Shown here: in pieces, positions 1-8,599 of the stretch
How positions within the stretch are numbered: position 1 is the stretch's first letter
Layout: every line of letters begins with the position of its first letter
Assembly (NCBI RefSeq): GCF_006345805.1
Contig: NW_021825238.1
Coordinates: forward strand, 1-16,155
DNA length: 16,155 nucleotides
Source of the DNA: Octopus sinensis
Lineage: Eukaryota
Direction of reading: 5' to 3'
Program-made: the position numbers and the translations under genes
Notes under the pieces: generated by a model
The model's input: the letters and a program-made list of their open reading frames with translations, nothing else
What the model was told of the DNA's origin: nothing
Databases searched by the model: none

Positions 1-244
1 CATATATATATGTATATGTGTGTGTGTATCTTTTTTTCGATATGCCTGTGTGATGAGAGAGTGTGCGTGTGTATTTGCATATGTGTGCGTGTGTTGAGCG
101 TCTGTGGTCTGTACTCATGTGTGTGTGGCATGTGTGTGCGTTGTGTATGTGTGTGTGTCTGTACGCATGGTGTGGCGTGGATGTGTGCGTGTGCCTGCGT
201 GCGTGTTGTGTTTCTGTGTTTGTGTATGTGGTGTGTTGGGGGGG
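1..244. repeat. Degenerate (TG)n/(TGTG)n microsatellite
   Basis: Nearly continuous TG dinucleotide pattern with substitutions. The ORFs at 10-261 and 63-248 are C/V-rich artefacts of it. Confidence 0.9.
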
Positions 245-692
245 GTGAGTGCTGTTTTTGAAGAACGGAAAAACTAAAGGGATATTGTGGCGTATTTACG
301 TTGACCTTATTGGGTCCTAATATTGATTTATTGAACGCTTTTACTGGTAGAACAGCTAAATGGCAGGCCATATTGAATTCCCTTTCGTGCTCCGTCCCGT
401 TTGTAGAATAGATTCTAACACACGTTACTAAACATTAACTTTCACTTTCTCAATCACTACTCCCTCACTACTCCCTCGATACCAGCAGTTTTTCCCCTCG
501 CAAACATTGCCTCTTACTTTTAATTATAATATAACGTACATAACGTTTTGAACCTGGCAAACAATGTCGTCTTCGGCTTGCTCTTTCTCGTGCTTTTCCT
601 GATTTTTCATAAATAATCGTCTCTCTTCCTACCTCCTGTCTCTTTCTACTCCGCTCCTCTGCTATTTTTCCACTCATACTTTACCTCTGTGC

Positions 693-702
693 ATCTATCT
701 AT

Positions 703-767
<65 letters not shown>

Positions 768-775
768 GTCTATCT
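693..775. repeat. (TCTA)n tetranucleotide microsatellite
   Basis: About 20 near-perfect ATCT units. Confidence 0.95.
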
Positions 776-845
776 GTTTCGTATCTGTTTATCTCACACT
801 CTCTCTTCATATTATATTATATATATTTGGTTTGTTTGTGTGTGT

Positions 846-916
846 ATATATATGTATATATATATTATAGATATATATATATATATATTATATATATATA
901 TATATATATTATATAA
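846..916. repeat. (TA)n microsatellite
   Basis: Directly visible. Confidence 0.9.
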
Positions 917-920
917 TCGT

Positions 921-1115
921 GATGGCGCTTGGGTCAGTGGTTAGAGCGTCGAGCTTACAATCGTGTGGTTGTGAGTTCGAATCACAGACCAGGCTGAGTA
1001 TTGTGTTTCTTGAGCAAGACACTCCATTTTTTCACGTTGCTCCAGTTCACTAAGCTTTAGAAATGAGGTGCGACGTGACAGCTACCAAGCTGTATCGGCC
1101 CCTTTGCCTTTCCCT
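921..1115 (+). mobile_element. tRNA-derived CORE-type SINE (family A), 3'-truncated
   Basis: Pol III A-box-like TGGGTCAGTGG (930-940) and B-box GTTCGAATC (975-983). These are followed by CORE-like TTGTGTTTCTTGAGCAAGACACT...CCAGTTCACTAAGCTTTAGAAATGAG. The element ends abruptly at a (TA)n tract. Confidence 0.8.
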
Positions 1116-1241
1116 ATATATATATATATTTATATATATATATATATATATTAAATTCATACTTATACATGTACGTTGACAGTGATAAAAGTATGTGCGA
1201 ATATGGGCGAATACTTCTGGATTTTATATGTATATATACAA

Positions 1242-1275
<34 letters not shown>

Positions 1276-1293
1276 TCTATATATATTATATAT
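1116..1293. repeat. Two (TA)n tracts separated by about 70 bp of unique sequence
   Basis: Directly visible (1116-1152 and about 1222-1293). Confidence 0.85.
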
Positions 1294-1625
1294 AAAAGGG
1301 CAGGGCTTATTAAATATTACTTTGCCGCATACTGAACTCATTAGAAATAGTAGCTAAAAAAACTTTTTTAAAACTATTTCTAATACTTAAAGAAAACCTC
1401 TCTCATAGAGTGTTGGCTCAATTCAACTCACGAAAGTATGGGGGTAAGAGACATTAAAAAATCAAATGCAAAAGGTTATTTGAGAACGTACTTTCAAGAT
1501 TAGTCAATCGACATTTCTATCATCAGCTCAGAACTCCTTTGTTTGGATTTGAAAACACTGAAAGTGGGAGCATACATCTCCTTTCGGCTTCTTATCGCTT
1601 CTGAAGATCTGCTCAAAACTAACAG

Positions 1626-1895
1626 TGCCAGCAACTCAAATATGCAAGCGAAGAATTCTGCTCTCCCCTTTCCACCAGCGTGGGCTAAAATCAGGAAACA
1701 CTATGCATACTGAATACTTGGTGAAATTGATTAATAATTAATTAATTTTACCCTCAATTGTTGAAATTATAATTCATCTCTCTCTATTTAATGCCTCGGA
1801 TTTTACCGAAAAAGCATAGTGTTTACTGATTTCAGCCCACGCTGGTGGAAAGGGGAGAGCAGAAATTCTTCGCTTGCATATTTGAGTTGCTGGCA
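1626..1895. repeat. Long inverted repeat with 81/82-bp arms and a 107-bp AT-rich spacer; MITE-like or foldback
   Basis: 1626-1706 is the reverse complement of 1814-1895 with 2 substitutions and 1 indel. No target-site duplication is visible. Confidence 0.9.
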
Positions 1896-1913
1896 AACTC
1901 TCAATTGTTGAGA

Positions 1914-2102
<189 letters not shown>

Positions 2103-2108
2103 TCGCCA

Positions 2109-2379
2109 TGATTAGGACAGCGGACTCGCAGTTGTAGGATCGCGTTGTGAATGTTTATTGAGGGAAAACACCTAAAGTTCCACGAGGCTCCGGCAGGGGG
2201 TGGTGGCGATCCCTGCTGTACTCTTTCGCTACAACTTTCACTCACTCATTCTTCTGTCGGCCTGCTCGCTTAGCCAGCGGAGTGGCGTTATTTGAAGGCT
2301 AAAACAATGCGAAGCGCATTGTGACCAGCGATGTGTAGCAACATCTGATTGTCTGGTCGGTCACGGTGATGACAGTGAT
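2109..2379 (+). mobile_element. tRNA-derived SINE (family B), copy 1; 5'-truncated and lacking the B-box
   Basis: Colinear with the full copy at 13604-13911 (CAGCGGACTCGC...GGCTCCGGCAG...GAAGGCTAAAACAATGCGAAGCGCATTGTGACCAGCGATGTGT...TCACGGTGAT). About 21 bp containing the B-box is missing after GGATCGCG. Confidence 0.9.
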
Positions 2380-2582
2380 ATATATGTATATATATGTATA
2401 TGTATATGTATATATACACATATACATATATATACTTATACATACACTGAAATACGCACGCGCGCATATATACACATATCACTTTAATTATTTCTCCTCC
2501 TCTCCTCTTTTCTCGACATCTCTCTTTCATTCCCTTTCACACCTCTTAGTATTTCCCTTTCATTTCCTTCTCAAATTTTACC

Positions 2583-2585
<3 letters not shown>

Positions 2586-2622
<37 letters not shown>
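2586..2622. repeat. (CT)n microsatellite within a pyrimidine-rich tract
   Basis: Directly visible. Confidence 0.9.
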
Positions 2623-2625
<3 letters not shown>

Positions 2626-3026
2626 CACATACACTTTCGGCCACGCTCTTCTCCTTTTGTAATTTTTTCTGGATTGTTTTCTTTTTTCCTTCAATAGCTA
2701 TGCACAAAATGTGATCAAAGCTTATGTTGGTGCTATAATATCATTCCTATTATTCATTCGGTACACCAATGAAGACAACAAAAGATATACATACATGTAT
2801 ATACACACACAAGCACACACATATATATATACAGTATATATGTATATATATAGTTTGATCGTAGGTGATCTACTTCTAGCATCCGGCTGACTACCTAGTG
2901 GTTCTGCCCTTTAAATATACACATGTATTAGCATTTTCTCTGATTTTCAGATTTTTGTGTGCTAGACTACTGGTTTTAAAATTGATATTAATTAAATTGA
3001 TATTAAATTTATCTCCCTCATTATTT

Positions 3027-3071
<45 letters not shown>

Positions 3072-3072
3072 C

Positions 3073-3120
3073 AAAAACTGTCTGATGAACGGCAACGAGA
3101 AACTCAGAGTAACAGATTTT
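3073..3120 (+). ncRNA. Type I hammerhead ribozyme motif (minimal, Penelope-like-element type), possibly degenerate
   Basis: Stem I 5' strand AAAAACTGT (3073-3081); core CTGATGA (3082-3088); stem II CG-GCAA-CG; core GAAA (3099-3102); stem III ACT-CAG-AGT; GTA cleavage triplet (3109-3111); stem I 3' strand ACAGATTTT (3112-3120, 8 of 9 pairs). The closing pair of stem II is an A-A mismatch. Confidence 0.72.
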
Positions 3121-3168
3121 GTTGAATTTTCTGCTGCTTAAATAAAGTATATATATATTATATATATA

Positions 3169-3211
<43 letters not shown>

Positions 3212-3255
3212 TATATATATATATATATATATATTTATTTATTTATTTATATATA

Positions 3256-3904
3256 TATAAGACACTTGTCCTAAGCCACTTTGACTATTGCTCTCAGCTA
3301 TGGTCACCATCCAGTGTCAAGTTGATCACAGAACTTGAGGCGATCCAACGACGCTACACGAAGAAGATAGCCTCTGTGCAGCATATGAGCTACTGGGAGA
3401 GACTCAAGAGATTAAAGTTCTATTCCCTGGAGCGTAGGCGAGAAAGATATGCCATAATATATATCTGGAAGATCCTGGAAGGTCTTGTCCCAGACTTTGG
3501 CATCGAGAGTCACACAAATGCCAGAACCGGAGCGCCACTGCGTAGTACCAAGCACTCCAAATTTGCCATCAAGATGTAGGACAAGATATGGTATAGCCTG
3601 GGCTTCAGAGGCCCACGGCTCTTCAATATCCTCCCGAAGAACCTGAGGGACCTGCATGGTGTGGGATGCGGATGTCTTTAAAGTAGGACTGTCTCTTCCT
3701 GTCAGGTGTCCCGGATGAACCAAACTTCACGGCAGGAGGCGCACATGAGGGCAGCTGCACCGAACTCTCTCATGCATCAGATGGCGTTTGTAAAAGCATC
3801 CGTGAGGTAAAACCGTGTAGCAAACCAAATGGCGGTGCCCCAACATGGCCACAGCTCATTAGCTGAAACTGGAAAAATCAAAATCAAAAAATCAAATCAA
3901 ATCA
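3256..3904 (+). mobile_element. CR1-type LINE, 3' fragment of ORF2 plus 3' stem-loop and (AAATC)n tail
   Basis: Reads YKTLVLSHFDYCSQLWSP...ELEAIQRRYTKKI...SYWERLKRLKFYSLERRRERYAIIYIWKILEGLVP. After a frameshift it continues ...GFRGPRLFNILPKNLRDL, typical of post-RT CR1/L2-group ORF2. It ends in CAACATGGCCACAGCTCATTAGCTGAAAC and AAATC repeats. Confidence 0.88.
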
Positions 3905-4409
3905 TATACATGTATGTGAATATATATATATTATATATATATATCATATATATATATTATACATACAATAATGAATATATATAATATATATATATACACA
4001 GGTAGATATATAGATATACAGAAATGCGACCTTGATTTAACACCCCTATGATTTGGCCACGCATACCCGCATATACAGCTATGTATAAATATGTATATAT
4101 ATATATATATATATATGAATAGACACATACACACATACACACACACAATAAATATACACATATACATGTGTAGATGTGCAATGCATTCATACATACATAT
4201 ATATATATATGTGTGTACATACACAAAGCGTGTATACATATGCATACGTGTATGCATATTTGAATGTTAGTATTACAAAACAGAGAGATATTTAATCAGT
4301 ACAAGAGACATAGTGAATATATTTTATCAAAAGACTTTCTATTCTTGAATAGCAGTATTGATTCTGTTGACCGTCCATACAAACGTCTTACACGAAAGCA
4401 GCGTGATAA

Positions 4410-4426
4410 TATATTATATATATATA

Positions 4427-4502
<76 letters not shown>

Positions 4503-4620
4503 GTATATGTATGTATATATATGCGTGTGTATTTATCTATATTTCATATATATATAATGTATATATATAATATATATATATATATATATTACATATATAC
4601 TATATAATAAATATATATGT
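4410..4620. repeat. (TA)n/(TATG)n microsatellite
   Basis: Directly visible. Confidence 0.9.
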
Positions 4621-4769
4621 ATGTATGTTTTGTATCAAGTATTTGTATTTAAATGACATACTTAACGCTTTTCATTATATGTTTCCCAATCAATTAAAAT
4701 TCAACGACGCATTATTTTGCAATGTGTTAGTAATTTTATTTATTTTTTCTTTTTGTTGTTGATTTGTAG

Positions 4770-4869
4770 TGTATCCTGTGACGTACCATCAGAACATCAG
4801 TCGTTTGAGCAATCTGTATCGCGACACTCGATACAGAAGTGTCGCAGCTGAGATTGATGATAATGAGGA
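4770..4869 (+). CDS. Candidate host exon, product unknown (xYPVTYHQNISRLSNLYRDTRYRSVAAEIDDNEE)
   Basis: Strong acceptor TTTTATTTATTTTTTCTTTTTGTTGTTGATTTGTAG (AG at 4768-4769), an open non-repetitive frame and higher GC than the flanks. A possible donor GA|GTATGA lies at 4870; otherwise the frame stops at TAG 4883-4885. No protein family recognised. Confidence 0.4.
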
Positions 4870-4885
4870 GTATGAGGATACTTAG

Positions 4886-5790
4886 GATATATAGTCTTTC
4901 TAATTTTTTTTATTTTGCTTTGGATGTTATTTATCCACAGGGTTTGTTTGGGTGGTGGTACTCCTGTTTGGGCGGGTTTGGGTGAGTATCCAGCTTCTTT
5001 TGTGGCTGCAGTGGCTGCTGCGTATATTAGGTTATTTAGGCTCAGTGATATCACTTTTTTTTTATTCAGTGTGGCTATCAGTCAGTGACGGCTAGGTTTA
5101 TGCTGTTTATAATAGTTGTTGTTATTTTTTTTTATTTGATTCTTTCTTGGGAGGTATGGTCGGTGGTCCATTTTGAGCTCTGTGGTTTTCAGTTCTTTGA
5201 TTATTTTATTTTTTTATATTATCATAATCATTTAGGCTCCCCTTCGTTGTTTAATCGTGTTGTTTGGGAATGTTTGCGTTTGTCTTCGTGTTTTACAGTT
5301 TCAGTGTTTATATTACTGGCATTGTTGTGTGGCTTCTATCTACATTTTCCTGGTGTATGTTTTCTTTAGGTGTTCTATTTCTATTTCTGATATTTTTTTT
5401 GTGTTGAGAATGTATCTTCGTACGTTAGCTAATTTATTAGGGTTCATTGCTGTATCAAGTCTATTCTCTTTATTTTCCTTCCATATTTTATATGTATGTG
5501 TTGTTGTATTTTCATTTTTTTGGGTAGAGTACTGCTGTGAAGTATGCGTGTAAGATAGAAATGGATTCCTCACGTGTCCATTTACGTCTTTTGGGTTTTA
5601 TTTGCGGGACATGAGGTACAACGTCGGCCCATTATTTTGACGGTCGTCATTTTCGTAGGGTACCGTCCGTTTATTTCTGTTGTCACATTATTTCGCACGC
5701 GTAGTTTTCGTACATTTTTTGTTGTAAGTTTAATGTACGTACCGCTCTCGATTGTTATTCTTGGGTTGAATAGTATCGGTGGCATTTAAT
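4886..5790 (-). mobile_element. R4/Dong-clade non-LTR retrotransposon, N-terminal ORF fragment, frameshifted
   Basis: Ordered motifs on the minus strand: KRRKWTREE...AYFTA (from 5592), TYKIWKE, LANVRRYIL...ISEIEIEHLKK (5432-5370), RPYLPR, LNNLIYAAA (5039-5013), PPPK...WINNIQSKIKKIRK (4937-4896). I recognise these as the conserved N-terminal region of R4-clade ORFs. The segment 5790-6071 may be 5' UTR. Confidence 0.72.
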
Positions 5791-6071
5791 TTCTTCGTAG
5801 TTCCTTTGTACATGGTGGTTTGGGGTCGGAGATGATCGTGATGTTCCACGCATGTTTACATGTGTTGCGTTAGAGGCGGAGATGATATCGAGTCAAATAC
5901 ATCATTTCGTTTCGAAAATAGTAATAAATTTCAATTCGTATTACTTACTACTCGGATACAGTCCAATTCTTTGTTAGTAAAACTTTGGCTCCATAGGATG
6001 TCCTTGTTTTTCGATGTTTGTGGATAGATTTCGGAGCTCTGAATTTCCCTTCTTACATCTTAACGTATTTT

Positions 6072-6072
6072 A

Positions 6073-6122
<50 letters not shown>

Positions 6123-6146
6123 TATTATTCATCATCATTATTATTA

Positions 6147-6181
<35 letters not shown>

Positions 6182-6202
6182 TATTATTATTATTATATTA
6201 TT
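6072..6202. repeat. (ATT)n microsatellite; (AAT)n tail of the adjacent minus-strand element
   Basis: About 43 units with a few variants. Confidence 0.95.
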
Positions 6203-6670
6203 GAGTGAGAGAGCAGTTCATGCCATCAAAATGACACTGGGGTAAAATATACGAAGCCCAGTATACCCATCATGACTACCCGTCTGATAAGGGTACACCA
6301 TGCACATGCATCACAACCATATGTGCGCGATATGGTGATCTCATATCAAGATAAACAGCACATGACCTTGCAGGTGGGGCCCAGTTAGAATTTTCTTCTG
6401 GTCGAGTAACTCATCCCGCTCAAAAGGTCCCTGAATAAGGGTTGTTTAAGGATGTTGAACGAACCACCCATGTTTCCAGAGGTGAATTATTCAAACCCCA
6501 AAGAATCCCTCTCAACACATGACTACGATGCTCCCCCACTATTTCTGCTCGTGATCAGAGATGCACATATCGTCAGCCACTAAGGGACATACTCAACTGG
6601 TTAAGGTCAAACAACTGACAAGCAAATCTGTGGTATTGAGCAGAATATTTGCTGTAGCCCATCTTTTATA
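6203..6670 (-). mobile_element. Unclassified, about 470-bp non-coding interspersed element with an (AAT)n tail
   Basis: Complex GC-balanced block bounded on both sides by (ATT)n. On the minus strand it starts TATAAAAGATGGGCTACAGC and ends CTCTCTCACTC(AAT)n. It has no tRNA head and no ORF homology. Its repeat status rests on my recall of a common octopus repeat; only one copy is in this window. Confidence 0.55.
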
Positions 6671-6684
6671 TTATTATTATTATT

Positions 6685-7260
6685 TTGGAACGCCAAAATA
6701 TATTGCGATTTGGAAAAGTTATGGTCAAATAATTCATCTCCTATTCATGGATGGTATGAAGCATTATCGGGAAAAGGGAGAAGCAGGTGGAAGCTTTACT
6801 ATATATCGTTCGCATTTTATCAAGTGATGTAGAAAGGAATTCAGGATTGAAAAGAGAGCTTTATTCATAACGAAACGAGGAATACGCGTGATGGAAGACA
6901 GGCAATGAAAATGCCAAATGGGCAAACAAGGAAGTTAGTAGAAAAAAGGACAGTGAAATAAGTATTTGTAGATAGCTGAAGACAGATGAAATAAAACACG
7001 AAGAGATTATATAAATTATATGTATACAAGGAGTGTAAGGGAAATATTGCAGTCAATGTTGAATACAAGTTTGACGCGATTAATTAAGGAGCTGTGCTGG
7101 TTATCGATTATAGAGCTGAAACAGGATTAGACAAAAGGCAAAATGCCAATTCTTGATAGAAAATATCGAACGCTGTTGACTATGTATTTATGTAGTGCGC
7201 CGTCGGAAATAGTATTCGATCTGAAAATATGTATGATTTTATGGGGATTTTCCAGCACAA
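6685..7260 (+). mobile_element. R4/Dong-clade reverse transcriptase fragment (domain 5 to thumb), heavily degraded
   Basis: HLLFMDGMKHY (6735 onward; decayed FMDD), then ILSSDV...GIEK, KRG, MPNG, KYL*IAE/DEIKHEEI (6960-7008), VREILQSMLN, LDRKYRTLLTMY (7152-7187). The order matches the R4-clade consensus NHLLFMDDLKLY...FGLDKC...YKYLG...DEIKH...LDRKTRKLLTM. Confidence 0.75.
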
Positions 7261-7261
7261 A

Positions 7262-7637
7262 TACTCTTTTACTCTTTTACTTGTTTCAGTCATTTAGTCG
7301 ACCAAATCGACGCCAGGACTTATTCTTTGTAAGCCTAGTACTTATTCTATCGGTCTCTTTTGCCGAACCGCTAAGTAACGGGGACGTAAACACACCAGCA
7401 TTAGTTGTCAAGCGATGTTGGGGGGACGAACACAGACACACAAACATATACATACACATACATATATATATATATATACGACGGGCTTCTTTCAGTTTCC
7501 GCCTACCAAATCCACTCACAAGGCTTTGGTCGGCCCGAGGCTATAGTACAAGACACTTGGCCACCACGCAGTGGGACTGAACCCGGAACCATGCGGTTCG
7601 TTAGCAAGCTACTTACCACACAGCCACACCTACGCCT
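7262..7637 (-). mobile_element. tRNA-derived SINE (family C), near full length, with a 29-bp deletion in the 3' tail
   Basis: Colinear with 11363-11773. B-box-like GGGTTCAGTCCC (plus 7573-7584), internal (CA/TA)n and (AAAGAGT)n tail. Confidence 0.9.
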
Positions 7638-7747
7638 AGGATGAGAAGATAGAATATTATAAGCCAGCTATTAAAATAATAGATAAGGAAAATCTATTTC
7701 ACATATATTTGCTTACTGACTGATTCATCATGTCCATTTAATTTCAG

Positions 7748-7855
7748 GATTTTAAGAAAGCATATGAAATGATGAAAGAAAAAGAACCCCTTAAGATTCG
7801 AAATTTCGAGGATTTTGAACACGAAATCAGTAAATGTACCTTCGATGAGTGGTAG
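7748..7855 (+). CDS. Candidate exon or decayed retroelement ORF (DFKKAYEMMKEKEPLKIRNFEDFEHEISKCTFDEW*)
   Basis: Acceptor-like CCATTTAATTTCAG (AG at 7746-7747) is directly followed by 35 open codons. Possible donors lie at 7830 and 7852. It could instead continue the R4 fragment. Confidence 0.25.
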   Translation, partial: DFKKAYEMMKEKEPLKIRNFEDFEHEISKCTFDEW

Positions 7856-8099
7856 ATTTGGGGCTGCGGGTGATGAGACAGACAAATGGATAAAGCAAAA
7901 TGAAGTGGAACGTCCTGTAGACCTGTTGCAAAAAGGAAGAATATCTGAAGGGTTTTGAACAGTTGATGGCTTGATACAATCATGTGAATTGCTAAGGTTA
8001 CAGACAGCAACACAATACTGGAATAAATTCCACCAGGGATACGACCAAATCGAATAAGAATAAGCCTTCCTACAACAGGCACTTTTGGGCGGCCTTTAT

Positions 8100-8597
8100 G
8101 AAGGACGAAACCTCGTGAAAAGTTTCAAGACTTCCATAAAAATTAATAGAAAATTATCCGAGTTCATCCAGTGATAGCTTACGGTAGTGTAACATGGGTC
8201 TCAACACCACCATTATGAACGCCCTCATTGCATCCCAACAAGAAATGGAATGAAGGAAACTCGACATCACATTCCGGAACAAGAGAACTAACGCCTGGAT
8301 AAGAGAACACACGAGGGTCCACAACATCATAAGAGCCATCCAGGAGAACAAATATAGATGGGCTGGCCACATCGCACGGCTGAAGGACAACGGATAATCA
8401 GGGTGATGGAATGCACCCCAAGGCAATGGATAAGAGGAAGATTCCAACCAAAAACCAGTGGTTGAGATGATCTCAGCCATTACCTGGAGTCTGAATAGCC
8501 ACAACTTACCAGAGACAGACAGGGGTAGAAGGAGTTCAGGGGGCGGATTCCTCCTTCAGAAATGATGAAGCTCTGATTAAAAAGTAAAAAAAAAAAA
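8100..8597 (+). mobile_element. RTE-clade LINE, 3' ORF fragment with A-rich end
   Basis: PVIAYGSVTW (8168-8197); after a frameshift, QEME*RKLDITFRNKRTNAWIREHTRVHNIIRAIQENKYRWAGHIARLKDN. This matches the RTE C-terminal pattern P-V-x-x-YG-x-E-TW...KW-x-WAGH-I-A-R. A poly(A) run follows at about 8579-8597. The left boundary is uncertain. Confidence 0.8.
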
Positions 8598-8599
8598 GA

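Noticed and set aside
454-477. Short tandem duplications (TCACTACTCCC x2; also near 2980-3007, 14241-14271, 15542-15570)
   Set aside because: Ordinary slippage products. No constant repeat with unique spacers, so nothing CRISPR-like.
921-990. tRNA gene (also considered at 13604-13675 and the family C/D heads)
   Set aside because: The tRNA-like segments continue into SINE bodies that recur in the window or match CORE; no full cloverleaf with a terminator is evident.
2925-2960. Isolated strong acceptors at 2949-2950 and 15618-15619
   Set aside because: No convincing downstream donor or coding frame.
4262-4410. ORF start MLVLQNREIFNQYKRH...
   Set aside because: It runs into (TA)n, has no splice signals or homology, and is only about 50 unique codons.
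6203-6670. HDV-like ribozyme, expected near 5' ends of R2/R4 elements
   Set aside because: I could not assemble P1/P1.1/P2/P3/P4 by eye on either strand. The best L3-like TGCTCGT lacks a full P3 and the following GG. A descriptor search is needed to exclude it fully.
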